This document shows positions 51,599 to 63,748 of a stretch of 64,000 nt of DNA, piece by piece. The DNA is from Sphyrna mokarran (taxonomy: Eukaryota). A program made the position numbers and the translations under genes. The stretch spans positions 14,510,001 to 14,574,000 of the forward strand of contig JAGIQG010000008.1 in assembly GCA_024679065.1 (NCBI GenBank). The letters are read 5' to 3'. The notes beneath the pieces are model-generated. The model had not been told where the DNA came from and searched no databases. It saw only the letters and a program-made list of their open reading frames with translations. Within the stretch, counting starts at the first letter, position 1. Each line of letters opens with the position of its first letter.

Positions 51599-52558
51599 GG
51601 GGGTGATTCTCCCAAAAAAATTCAAAGTTTTGAATTGGCATACAAACTGAGATAAATCACTCTTTTCTTTTCAGTGGCAGTTTCAAAATTCACACTGAAA
51701 ATCAGCAGGTGGGGCCTATTCCCACTGGAGAGATTGGCAGCATAGCGCTGAGTGAGCTACTGCGCATGCGCCGATCTGTCAGCCTGACAGCGCAGTGATC
51801 CCACACTGTCGGCCTCCTGATCGCTGACCATGACCCCCGCATCACTGCCTCTCTGACCCCCTCACAGCCCAACTGCTGGCCCCACGAACATGTCTGGGCC
51901 AGCCTTGAGAAACCCCATCCACCCCCACAGCCCTGACTCCCTTGGCAGACTGACTCCCTGACCAATGTCAAGCCCAGCCCCGATCTCTGGCCTCCATCCC
52001 ACTGATCTTAAGTGTAGAGTAGCAGCAGAACCCCCAACCTCACTGATCGTCTACCAGAGGTCCTCATCCCTATTGCACTGCCCGATGCCTGGTGGGTAGT
52101 TCCAAAGTGCCTCCTGGGCATTGCCACTTTGCCCCTTGAGCAGTGCCAGGCTGGGCTGGCACTGCCAAAGTGGCAATGCCTATGGGACACTCCCTCATCT
52201 CCCTCATCTCTGACTTCCAGTGAGGTCAGGCCACTAACTTCCTGCAAGTGGGGAGCTATTGTAAACCCCACTGGAGTGAAACACTCCTGGCAGGGAAGAG
52301 GGGGGAAATTCTAGTGGACCTGAAGACTTCATCCCTGGCCCTATTAATTACTTATAAACTGTATTAAAATCAGAATTTCCATACACTATACAGCTCCATG
52401 CCAATTCCTGGTGCAGAGCCGATGACGGTGGGAATCCAGTACCCGGAGACTTGCAGAGGCTGTAGCGCCTTGCAAAAAGACCACTAAACAATCTCTACTA
52501 GAGTCCCCTGGCCCTCTGCACTGCTAAAGTAGCGCAGCGGGCCGGGAGTATCACCCCC
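51599..52558. mobile_element. Non-autonomous DNA transposon (PIF/Harbinger-like)
   Basis: TIRs GGGGGTGATTCTCCC and GGGAGTATCACCCCC match at 14/15, with TTT on both flanks. It splits a CR1 fragment (about 51420-51598 and 52559-52790). Confidence 0.75.
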
Positions 52559-53192
52559 TTTGTGTCTCGATGAGATTACCCCTCAGTTTTCTAAACTCCA
52601 GAGAGAATACAGACCTAATCTCCTCAATCTCTTCTCATAGGATAGTGCCTCCATCCCAAAAATCAGTTCAATGAGGATTGGTTTCATTTGTCTATGCCAA
52701 GTGTACCCTTCCTGAGGTAAGGAGACAAAAACTCTACACAACAGCCCCCCAGGGGTTGGCTCACCAAGACACTATATACATTTGCAGTACAGAGCTGACA
52801 CATCTTACAACCATCTCTATGTTAAAGGCACTATTATTAGGACTAGTTTCTGGCATTATTACATTTTGCTAGTGCCAGTCATGTAGCAACAGAAATATGG
52901 CGAAGATATGCAACAAACCTTTTGTTAATCCTTTCTTGTTTTTATAAGTATTAAGAAACCAGTTAAAGAACAGGCTACTATCAAAGCTAAGAGATATAGT
53001 TAATCAGGAATTAGTGATCAGATGATGCCATACATGGACTTTTACAAAAGTAAAGTACAAGGACAGTAGGAGAACAGAAACCGATAAGGCATTTCAGAAG
53101 GAATAAGAGAGTGTGAGGTAACTCCTGCTTTCTACACCACGAATTATCTCTGGAGTTTACGGGCTTTGTTTTAAGAATACTATCTTTTCTAG

Positions 53193-53366
53193 ATACCTGG
53201 AGGTGGAGAGCAGTGGCCATCGGAATGAAGTGCGTTTTCACTATCGATCAGGCAGCCATCAGTCCCACACGGAGGTGTTCCCCTATGCTTTGGCTGATGA
53301 CCAATGGCATCGGGTTGCCCTGGTCATCAGTGCATCCCACTTGATTTTATATGTGGATTGCAACAA
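53193..53366 (+). CDS. NELL2: NELL2-like coding exon 4 (YLEVESSGHRNEVRFHYRSGSHQSHTEVFPYALADDQWHRVALVISASHLILYVDCNK)
   Basis: Acceptor TTTTCTAG|, donor AA|GTAAGT, 174 nt. Absent from the ORF track but read by manual translation. Confidence 0.97.
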
Positions 53367-53532
53367 GTAAGTAAATGGGAAAGTGGATGTAGTTGGAATA
53401 CTCAATCTGTGAATGTGTGGTGACTTGTACGTGAGTGGACTGCACCAAAGAGTTACAGCCATTGGCATTAATGGTACATGGGCAATTTGATTAATTTGAT
53501 CCTTTATTTTAATGCCATTGATTGAACATTAA

Positions 53533-54185
53533 GGGAGACAATTGTCTTGTGGTATTATTGCTAGACTATTTGCCCAGGAACTTAGTTAATGTTCCAGGGA
53601 CTCCGATTTGACTCCCACCATAGCAGAACATAGAATCCCTACAGTGGAGAAGGAGGCCATTTGGCCCATCGAGTCTGTAAAGACAACAATCTCACCCAGA
53701 ATCTATGCTTGTATTCCCATGTACTCATCCTGCTAATTGCCTCCTGACACTAATGGTTAATTTAGGACGGCTTTGTAGTGTGGGAGGAAACCGGAGCACC
53801 CGAAGGAAACTCACAGATACAGGGAGAATGGACAAACTCCACACAGACAGTGACCTGCGGCTGGAATTGAACCCAGGTCCCTGGTGCTGTGAGGCAACAC
53901 TGTGCCACCATGACACACAGATAGTAGAATTTGAATGTGAAAACAAAATTTGGAATTAAGAATCTACTGATGACCATGAAACCACTGTCAATTGTTGAAA
54001 AAACCCATCTGGTTCACTAATGTCCTTCAGAGAAGGAAATCTGCTGTTCTTACTAGTCAGCCTACCTACATGTGACTCCAGAACCACAGCAATGTGGTTG
54101 ACTCTCAATTGCCCTCCAAAGGCAACTAGGGATGGGCAATAAATGCTGGCCAGCCAGCGTTGCCCATATCCCATGAATGAATGAA
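53533..54185 (+). mobile_element. SINE family B split by a minus-strand V-SINE (53627-53912)
   Basis: The family B head at 53533-53626 resumes at about 53917 (CAGATAGTAGAATTTGAAT). Confidence 0.85.
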
Positions 54186-55220
54186 AAGGAATGTACTTTA
54201 TTATTACAGATCATTCATTTTCCCCTAAAATGGACAATTCCATATTAGAAAGTCAAATTACCCCATAACCATTATAGCAATTATCCCTACGTCCCATGAT
54301 ATATTCACAAAAGAATCCACATAATAATCCTGTGAAGGACATCCCGACAGCTTACTAAATTTTAAGATGCGGTATGTGGGCATGGCTCATTTCTTGCCCA
54401 TCCTTACCTGTCCCGAGAAACTGGCAGCACAGCGTCTCCTTGGCCTCTGCTGTCTCTGTGTGGATAAGGTTGCCACAATGGTGTTAGGACATTGAGCCAG
54501 GAATGGCAGTATTATATCCACGCCAGGTTGGTATGTGACGTGGAAGCCACGATGGTCACTTGATCTTGCTGTTGACCCTTTTCTACCTTCACGGTAGAGG
54601 TCGGGGGTTGGAAAGCTCTTTTCGAAGCTGGCCTGATGAATTCTCTCAATGATTATAATCAGATTTCAATTATTAAAAACATTCTAAAACTACATTACAA
54701 ATGGAACTATAAAATTCTCAAGTTTTACAAAAAGCATTTCATGGTATTCATCATTTAAGATGTCGTCCCATCAAAGACACTAACCCAGTTCAGTTGTCAT
54801 CTGTAATATTTCGTCTGATTTAACAGCTCAGAGGGAGTGAGGCATTCTAAAACTTAAAAGGAGCTCTTAGAATATTGTAATGAGTCATCGGTTTTTGAAG
54901 AAGCATTTGAAAATGTGGGCTTTTTCACATGGAGCAAAAAAGAATGAAACAGCATCTAATAGAGGTTTTACATTTTTACAATAATGAAAGCCTTTGAGAG
55001 AGTGAGGGGTGATTTTATTCCCCAGTGATTGCAGCTTCAAAATTAATGAGGTGTAAATTCAAGATGGGTGAACCTCCTTGGAAAAATTCCTCTCTTCTGC
55101 TGTAATGGAAGCCCTGGGGCAGGGTTTACACTACACCTCCCTCGAGGTTACGGTGTCAGGATTAGAGGACCCCCAAGGGAACTCCCCCCTCCTTAATCAA
55201 TGCTATCACACATGAACATG

Positions 55221-55488
55221 TGGGACAGTGGCACAGTGGTTCGCAGTGCTGCCTCATAGGTTCAATTCCAGCATCGGGTGACTGTGTGAAGTTCCCTTGT
55301 ATCTGTGTGAGTTAGCTCTGGGTGCTTTGGATTCCTCCCACAGTCCAAAGATATGTGAATTGAGCATGCTAAATTGCCCCTAAGTGTCAGGGGATTAAGA
55401 GGGTAAATATCTAGGGTTAAGGGGATAGGGCTTGGTGTCAGCTTGATGAGCCAAATAACCTCCTTCTTCACGATAGGAATTCTATGAC
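55221..55488 (+). mobile_element. V-SINE, diverged
   Basis: GTGGCACAGTGGTT head and GCTAAATTGCCCCT. Confidence 0.8.
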
Positions 55489-55581
55489 TCTATCCATTCT
55501 CTTAGCCATTAGACTCACCAGGATTCACAAAACACCCTAGTGATGCTTTATTTTGGATATTATGTTTTTGTTTGTTTGTAG

Positions 55582-55678
55582 GATTTATGAACGAGTTATT
55601 GAAAGGCCGAGTATGGACATCCCAACTGGCTCAACATTTTGGCTAGGACAAAGGAACAACGTTCATGGCCTTTTCAAG
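55582..55678 (+). CDS. NELL2: NELL2-like coding exon 5 (IYERVIERPSMDIPTGSTFWLGQRNNVHGLFK)
   Basis: Acceptor TTTGTAG|, donor AAG|GTGAGT, 97 nt, FWLGQRNN motif. Confidence 0.97.
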
Positions 55679-55754
55679 GTGAGTGTATGTTATGATATCA
55701 TCACCGCTATATTCTTAAGTATGAAAATACATTTTTATTAATGGATAGAAACCT

Positions 55755-55894
55755 ATTGTTTGAAAATGTATATCTCTATTCTGCATCACAAAGTTTATTT
55801 ATTGGTGAAGTTTATTTATTAGTCATTGTTTGAAAATGTATATCTCTATTCCGCATCACAAAGTTTATTTATTGGTGAAGTTTATTTATTAGTC
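55755..55894. repeat. 70-bp tandem duplication with 1 mismatch
   Basis: 55755-55824 repeats as 55825-55894. Confidence 0.95.
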
Positions 55895-56165
55895 ATAAGT
55901 AGGCTTACATTAACATTGTAATGAAGTTACTATGAAAATTCCCTAGTCGCCACATTCCAGTGCGTATTCGGAGAATTTGGCATGGCCAATTCACCTAACC
56001 TGCACATCTTTGGACTGTGGGAGGAAACCAGATCACCTGGAGGAAGCCCACACAGACAGAGGGAGAATGTGGAGACTCCACACACACAGTGACCAAGCTG
56101 GGAATTGAACCCAGACCCTGGCACTGTGAGGCAGCAGTGCTAACCATTGTGCCACAGTGCTGCCT
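55873..56165 (-). mobile_element. V-SINE, alternative tail
   Basis: Reverse complement of the 15740 type. Confidence 0.9.
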
Positions 56166-57328
56166 TTTGTTTTACTTTGTCGATAATACTTACTGGGATT
56201 TATTGGTAATGATCTGGATACCTGAATCAAGAATGATTTTCCAATCCTCCGCTTAGTGAGATAGTATTTTTCTCAACATAACAAAACCAGAATTTGAAAA
56301 AAATTCATAATTTTCTTTCTGCATAAACTAGTGGTGACATTTAAAAAAAAATTGTGCTGAGTATAGGAAAGAATGGACTGATCTGTGAATAGCGCACAGA
56401 TTTCCTTGGGAAACCCATGTAAAAGGGAGGACAGCATTACTGAATCATTCTTGGCAGCATTTGGACATCTTCTATGTAGCCAGTACAAAAGCAAATGCAC
56501 CTCACGTATTCTGATGAATTGCCAGTGCAATAATGCAGCTTTTATATTTTAAGAGCCTAACGCCTGTTTCAGGCAGGCAGCCTGAATAGCTAATAAATAA
56601 CTGAGGTAAGAATATGGGCCGGAATTCTCCGGTCAGTCCTACCGGCAGTGCACTCGCACCTGCAGATTTCCCTCTGATGTAGGGTGACGTCAACTTCATT
56701 TTCTCTTCCAAAAATGTCTAACTCTTTCTGTATTAACTCTGATTAATCACTGAAATAACTCCTCAGAGGGGCCAGTGCCCCGTCACCAGATTCCCATTAT
56801 TTACAAACTCAATTCCACTCCTAAGAGTTCTTCAGGTACAAAGTTAGAATCCGGAGTGTCTGTAGAATAGAGGATGTCGAATGCCTACTGTGCAGGAGGT
56901 CATTTGGCCCATCGACTCTGTGCCGACTCTCCAAAAGAGTATCTGCCTCATAATCCCGTGCATTTGCCACAGCTAATTAATCTTGACAACCCTCAATGTA
57001 TACAGAAGTAAGACACTAAGGGGCAGACAATCAATACCTCAATCAGGAAGCTCATATTTCAAGAGGCCAACCTCATGGACCTCTTTGGGGTCATTACAAT
57101 TACTCAAGGTTCAATCATAAATTTCACTTGAAGTGATCATTTGGAATGATTAAAAAAGTAATTACAGACTTTTATTAAGGGATTAAAAAAATGCATTGAA
57201 GGTATATCTGTATAATAACGAAGAAACGGAACAATCGTAGACCAGCTGTAACTGAAGAATGTAATAATATAAAGAATTATATTAGCATCCACTGCACTAA
57301 TGTTTTGGAAATTATTCTTTCTCCACAG

Positions 57329-57401
57329 GGTGTGATGCAGGATGTGCAGATTCTTCTGATGCCTCAGGGATATATAACTCAATGCCCGGACCTCAATCGA
57401 A
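57329..57401 (+). CDS. NELL2: NELL2-like coding exon 6 (GVMQDVQILLMPQGYITQCPDLNR)
   Basis: Acceptor CTCCACAG|, donor A|GTATGA, 73 nt. Confidence 0.96.
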
Positions 57402-57408
57402 GTATGAT

Positions 57409-57707
57409 TAAATTTATTTATTAGTGTTACAAATAGACTTACATTTGCAATGCAATGAAGTTACTGTGAAATTCCACTAGTCACCACATTCTGGTGTCTG
57501 TTTGGGTAGACTAAGGGAAAATTTAGCATGTCCAATGCACCTAACCAGTCTTTAGGTCTGTGGGAGGAAATTGGAGCACCCAAAAAAACCCATGTAGACA
57601 CAGGGAGAATGTACAAACGCCATGTAGGCAGTGACTTGAACGGGAAATCGAACCTGGGCTTCTGGCACTGTGAGACAACAGTGCTAACCACTGTGCCGCC
57701 ATGCTAT
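57409..57707 (-). mobile_element. V-SINE, alternative tail
   Basis: Reverse complement of the 15740 type. Confidence 0.88.
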
Positions 57708-58079
57708 CCTTATAATGATTGTATCAGCTGTGTGTATGTGTGTCTGTTTGTGTGCATGTGTGTGTGCGTGTGCATGTACATACTTGAAATGAAATGTCAA
57801 AATATGCAGAGGAAGGTATCATCAGAACTAAGACTGTCAGTGCTACAACCTGGCCATTCTTTTTCCATCCATTATCTGCACACTTTATAAAACAAAGAAT
57901 GTCAGATGATTTCTAAAAACTTTTAGTACGTCAGGGTAAATATCGTATTTTATAATCTTGTTTATTTGTAGTTGGGAGGGTTCAACGATATCAAATGTTA
58001 TCAGGAACATTATGAATCAGAAAATGTTGCGTGTGCACAATCTCTGCAGGGGTAATAAGTGTAGATGATGCTGGAAACT

Positions 58080-58372
58080 TACAGAATCTCTACAGTGCAG
58101 AAAGAGGCCATTCAACCCATTGAATCTGCACCGACTCTCTGACAGAGCATTTTTCCCAGGCTCTCTCTCCCTCCCCTTCCCTGCCCTATCCCCATAACTC
58201 CATGCATTCACACTGCTAATCCCCCTAATCGACACATCTTAGAACACTAAGGGACAATTTAGCACAATCAACTTAACCTGCACAACTTTGGAGAGTGGGA
58301 GGAAACTGGATTCAAGCGTGAGGAGAAAGTACAAATTCCACACAGTCACCCGAGGATGGAATCAAACCTGGC
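58080..58372 (-). mobile_element. V-SINE, partial
   Basis: CR1-type tail and V-domain remnants. Confidence 0.8.
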
Positions 58373-58620
58373 TATCACTGCTAACACTCTGTGGAGAGAG
58401 AAAATCAAGAGTTAATGTGCTGGATATTCAATGCCTGGTGAACATGAAGTTGGAGGCAGTGGGGGTGGGATGAAAAGGTGGAGAAAATAGGGAGCAGCCA
58501 TGCCAGGACACCTCCCGACACATTCTTACCTCCCAGGAAGTTTCCCAGTGGCAAATGAGAACTGGATTGGGTGCCACAACAAGGAGTGGGCAGCTACTTA
58601 AGATGAGTAAATTCCCAGTT

Positions 58621-58918
58621 ATCATAGAATCCAGACATTACAAAAGGAGGCCATTTGGCCTATTGACCCTGTACTGACCACAATCCCGCCCAGACCCGAT
58701 CCCCGTAACCCCATGTATTTACCCTGCTAATCTCCCTGATGTTGGGGCCAATTTAGTATGGCAAATCAAACTAACACACACATTTTTAGACTGTAGAAGG
58801 AAACTGGAGTACCTAGCAGAAACCCACATAGATATGGGGAGAATGTGCAAACTTCACACACACAGTGACCCAGCCAGGAATTGTGCACAGTGCTAATCAC
58901 TGTGCCATATGCTGCCCT
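58621..58918 (-). mobile_element. V-SINE, CR1-type tail
   Basis: Reverse-complement head and V-domain. Confidence 0.88.
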
Positions 58919-59216
58919 TGGAGGTACTATAATTAGCTGCAATATTCCACAGATTAGGAAGAGTGCAAATACACAGCCAGAATTTCCCCATTTTTAATGG
59001 AGAACCGGTGTTATATAGATACAAGACGCATGTGGAGATGTTGCGTGAGGTAAAATTTTGCCCCCATGGTCAGACAGCCTGTCAATGCTGACTGTTTTAT
59101 TTGACATGTGAAGAATGGCTAACTGGGTCAGTTGCTACAAGACTAACAATCCCTGTGAATAATGCATTAGCATCTTGACATCAAGATAGGAGAAAAATTG
59201 AAAGTTAAAAATACGT

Positions 59217-59433
59217 ATTTACTCTGCTAATCTTTCTGACACTAGGGTCAATTTAGCTTGGCCAATCAACCCAACCTGCACAGCTTTGGACTGTGGGAGG
59301 AAACTGGAGAACTCTGGGGAACCTATGCAGACACGGGGAGAATGTACAAACTCCACGAAGACAAGACCGGAATTGAACCTGGATCTCTAGTGCTGTGAGG
59401 CAGCAGTGCTAAGCACTGTGCCACTGTGCGGCC
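59217..59433 (-). mobile_element. V-SINE, 3'-truncated
   Basis: Head and V-domain only. Confidence 0.85.
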
Positions 59434-59883
59434 ATTTATCTGGCTTTGCCAGTATGTTATAGCTGGTGGGATGGGAGTCCCTGTTGTCTGCAGTGGCTGC
59501 TATACTTGAATAGCGGGGTTGCAGGCAATGAGGTCTACACCTGCAGTCCAAACAGATCCTCTGGAGGGCTTCGCACTCTGCTCAGAGCTGACGAAGGGCC
59601 ATCTAGACTCAAAATATTGGCTCTATTCTCTCCCCATAGAAGTGTCGGACCTGCTGGGATTTTCCAGCATTTTCTATTTTTGAGACAAATTCATGAAATG
59701 AACAAAATCCTTCTTTAGAACTGGTGTGATAGCATCACAGTTAACATGTTAACCTTTCCCTTTCCAATTCCAACCTATCGCCTATTTCCGTCTTTAATTT
59801 TGAGTTTCCTATTTTAATGTTTTCTCGAGTATTATCTTTGTCTTGAATCATGCACTCTCGCTTTCAAAACTCTATCGTTCCAG

Positions 59884-59966
59884 CTTGTCCAACATGCAAC
59901 GATTTCCATGGACTTGTGCAGAAGATTATGGAGCTGCAAGATATTTTAGCCAAGACATCAGCAAAG
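59884..59966 (+). CDS. NELL2: NELL2-like coding exon 7 (TCPTCNDFHGLVQKIMELQDILAKTSAK, coiled coil)
   Basis: Acceptor TTCCAG|, donor AAG|GTCATT, 83 nt. The peptide matches the NELL2 sequence as I recall it. Confidence 0.97.
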
Positions 59967-61927
59967 GTCATTTATTTTTACTTTATCAATTTCTTCAATA
60001 ATTAGTTAAAAGAAATGATTGAATACCTTGTTACACTTCCAGTTTACTCCACATTTAATGTAATATAAGCAGACAGAACAGTCATTTTCCCTGAGACTTT
60101 GCACCTGTATTTGTCAATGCTCCCTCTTGTGCTGCTCCTTGGCATGATGCCAGGCAGGGGGTAATGCCAGGAAGCAGTACTGGTGGGGGTGGAGGGTTGT
60201 CCTGTGGAGTGTTTCTTCAGAAGGAACTCCTCAAAATGCAACTAATGAAAATACAATAAAACTTACCCCAAATATAAATCAAAGAATGAGTTTAATAAAG
60301 GAACTTGGGACCTCACCCTGGGCCAATCCAAGCTCTCCGCAATTCTATATTGTTCCTTATTTATAGTGAATCAGATGGTCAGCTGACTATTACATCCCTC
60401 TGTAATTGGTCTCATTGTTTACTGGGTCAGTGGCCCTTACAACTTGTTCATTGGTCCTATTACATCCAATACCAAATTATCACTGGTTGCACTGTAACAT
60501 GGGAAGCTCAAATGGGGGATGGGGTTCCCCTTATCCATGAGGAGAGGGACAGGCGAGAGGGGCAAGGGGCAGGGTGGGGGTGAGGGTAGGGGGTGGGCTC
60601 CCATGTCTGTAGGGGAAGGGAGAATGGAGTGAGGTGGCTTTTCTATATTTGTAGGAGGATGAGCCCATGGGGGGGGTGTAGGGGGCGGAATTGCCCATGA
60701 AGTTAGGGGGAGGTAATTCTCCATTAAGTTGGGGGGAGATGCAGGTTCCTTTTTTTTAGATCAGAGATTGGGATGCCATTTAAAAACAGCACCCCAATTC
60801 CCAGCACTATTAGCCTCTGCCAACCCCACCCTGATGGCATGGGCCAGTTTTCCATCTTGCTTTGTGTAATATACTACATAATGTGATGAGCAAAGCCAAC
60901 TAGCCAGGGAACTGCATGCCTTGTTCCCTGCTACATCCAGCACTCTGTATGAAAAAGGAGAAAGTTCCATTCAACATGAATCATGCAGTTAATGAGATAA
61001 GTGACCAAGGGTTAGTTTTGACCTTATTGATAGAGGAAGGATAGGATATTGGGAGAGGCGTCTGTTCTTCAAATAATGCCAAATGTATCTTGGTGTAATG
61101 CATAATGGAATGAAAGTTTTGAGTATCTATTTCTACACTGAAAAGCAAGGGCGGAATTTTCCCATCCCATTCACTATGGAAATTGTAGTGAGCTTGACAT
61201 AGACCATGCAAAAGTTTGTTGACCTCAGGCAGGATTTTCCTGCCTAAAAAGTATATTCTCTGATTTATTCAGCGAGCCTTATGAATTAAGAATATTAGGA
61301 GACTTAGGATTTTCTGCCTCCCCAACCCTCCCTGCAGCATATCTTCTGACAACGGAGGCAGCAGATCATAGATTGGCAGCAGAAATTACGAGCCTTTGGG
61401 ATTCTTGCCCTATGCTCTTGCATCTGGGGAACCTGCCACTGGACATGGGAGGGGATATTACCATCAGCAGGACTGGAAGATCCTGTTGGCAGGAAGGGCA
61501 AGAAAATTTCAGTCTTGTTTCCAAGTATTTGTTGACTGCAGTACAGTCATTAATGGTTGCTTCTGGAGTATGCTGATGATTTGACAACCTTTTGGGTTTC
61601 ACTTATTTTCTGTTGAGATGCTCTTACGGTAAATTATTCTGTTATCTCGTTGTTCTTGGTAAATATTTGTTCTGAGTTAATGTTTGAAACCAATTAAAAC
61701 AAAGCAAATTGTAAAACTCCTTGAAGCTTGACTGAAGTACCCCGGTTCCCAAGTTGATCAGTTTAAAATGTAATATCTTGTATCAGAAATACAAAATAAT
61801 CCCTGCTGTAGTGTGGAACCGCTACTGATAGGTTTTGTGTCCGGGATCAGTTATATTGCTCCGAGCTCAATAAAATAGGCTGCTTGCTGTAATTACAGCA
61901 AGTGAGACTTGAGATTTCTTTGTGCAC

Positions 61928-62185
61928 AGGGTGTGTGGGCATCCCTGGCAAGCCGAGCATTTATTGCCCATCCCCAGTTGCCCTTGAAAAGATGGTGGTG
62001 AGCTATCTTCCTGAATGCTACTGACTTGTGAGGCCAAATCACAGTGCAATTAAGAATCAACTACATTGCTGAGTATCTGAAGTCAGGTAGGACGAGGACA
62101 GCGTGTTTCCTTCCCTAAAAGGAAACAGGTTGGTTTTTGGAACTATCCCAAAACTCCCTGGTCACAATTATGGGTCCTAACTTTT
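61928..62185 (-). mobile_element. SINE family B, 3' part
   Basis: AGCATTTATTGCCCATCCC.AGTTGCCCTTGA and TTTCCTTCCCTAAA. Confidence 0.7.
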
Positions 62186-62287
62186 TATAAGGCCTGGGTA
62201 GGGTGGACATGGAGAAGATGTTTCCATTAGACGGGGAGACTAGGATCCATGAGCACACCCTCTGAGTAAAAGGGACAACATTTTAGA

Positions 62288-62535
62288 GCCCCTGTTTATC
62301 TCCACATATTTACCACCAATTCCCCCAACCTACACATCTTTGGACTCTAAGAGACCATTTAGCATGTCCAATCCACCTAATCTGCACATCTTTGGATTGT
62401 GGGAGGAAACCCATGCAGACATGGGAAGAATGTGTGAGCTATACATAGACAGTCACCCCCTGAGGCTGGAATTGAACCTGGGTCCTTGATGCTGGAAGGC
62501 AGTGGTGCTAACCACCGTGCAACGGTGCCACCATG
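62288..62535 (-). mobile_element. V-SINE
   Basis: Reverse-complement head and V-domain. Confidence 0.85.
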
Positions 62536-62933
62536 TACTGCTTTCTGCACAGCAACACCTTGGTCAATCAAAGCTGACTCACCAACCAATTAGCCTTTTT
62601 CTCCAGTATAAGTTTTTGTGATTGTTTGAAATTTGGCATTCCTGCATTTGTCCTGATAAGTTCAAGACAAAAAGATTAAGAAACACGCCTCTGTTTTCAA
62701 CAATATTCAAGTTCCGTGCTACTGAGAGGCTTTTTAACTTGCTTTGAATGTGGCAATTTTGAGTGGTTTTAATCTGACCTGCCAAGGAGGCTTCATCAGA
62801 ATATAATCTGAATATCACACATTTCAGGAAGCAGCTCCCTCTTAGCAGTCAAAACCTTTCTTCTTTAAAAATACCCACCTGTGCATTTGCAAGAGATTAT
62901 GATGAGTCAATCTGAATTGAAATGTTCACACAG

Positions 62934-63062
62934 CTATCTTACGCTGAAGAGAAGATGAACAGTTTGGATCACTGTTACTGTGAGAAGAGCTGTAAGGTGA
63001 AGGATAGGATCTACAGAGAATCGGTGTACTGGGCGGACGGCTGTAGGAACTGCACCTGCAAG
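62934..63062 (+). CDS. NELL2: NELL2-like coding exon 8 (LSYAEEKMNSLDHCYCEKSCKVKDRIYRESVYWADGCRNCTCK, start of VWC1)
   Basis: Acceptor CACACAG|, donor AAG|GTAACT, 129 nt, VWC motif W.DGC..CTC. Confidence 0.96.
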
Positions 63063-63191
63063 GTAACTAGCAACACTGCCTCTATTATCAGAGAACAGTA
63101 GGGAAAATTAACTTTTGCTTTGTTTTGTATGCTCCCAGTTTCCATCTGTAGAATTGTCTTGCATGGTGTATGAGGTGGTATCAAAAACAGA

Positions 63192-63690
63192 GCATAGAAT
63201 CAAAAAATCATATATTGCAGAAAAGAGGCCCTTTGGCCCATTAACGCATTAGAACCACCTGAACTCCTGTCTAATCCCATTTGCCAGCACTTGGCCCATA
63301 GTCTTAAATGTCGTGATGTGCCAAGTGCTCATCCAGGTACTTTTTAAAGGACATGAGGCAACTTGCCTCTGCCACCCTTCCAGGCAGCACATTCCAGACT
63401 GTCAACACCCTCTGGGTAATAAAGTTCTTCTCACATCCCCCTTAAACCTCCTGTCCCTCACCTTTAGCTCGTGACTGACCCTTCAACTAAGGGGAACAGT
63501 TGCCCCTTATCCACTCTGTCCATAATCCCTCCTTATCTTGTACACCTCAATCAGGTTGTCCCTCTCAGTCTTTTCCGCTCCAGTGAAAACAACCCAAGCC
63601 TATCCAATATCCCTTCATAACTTAAATGTTTCATCCCAGGCAGCATCCTGGTGAATCTCCTCTTCCCCCAACTCCAGTGCGATCACATCC
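63192..63690 (-). mobile_element. CR1 3' fragment
   Basis: Reverse complement reads RRFTRMLPG..LGLFSLE. Confidence 0.85.
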
Positions 63691-63748
63691 TGCAGAGTAG
63701 GGAAAATTAAATGCATCGGGGGGAATGTCCTCTCCTCCACCCACTCAA

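Noticed and set aside
60540..60740. G-rich tract as a specific regulatory G-quadruplex
   Set aside because: It appears to lie in a decayed GC-rich repeat, and nothing else supports a function.
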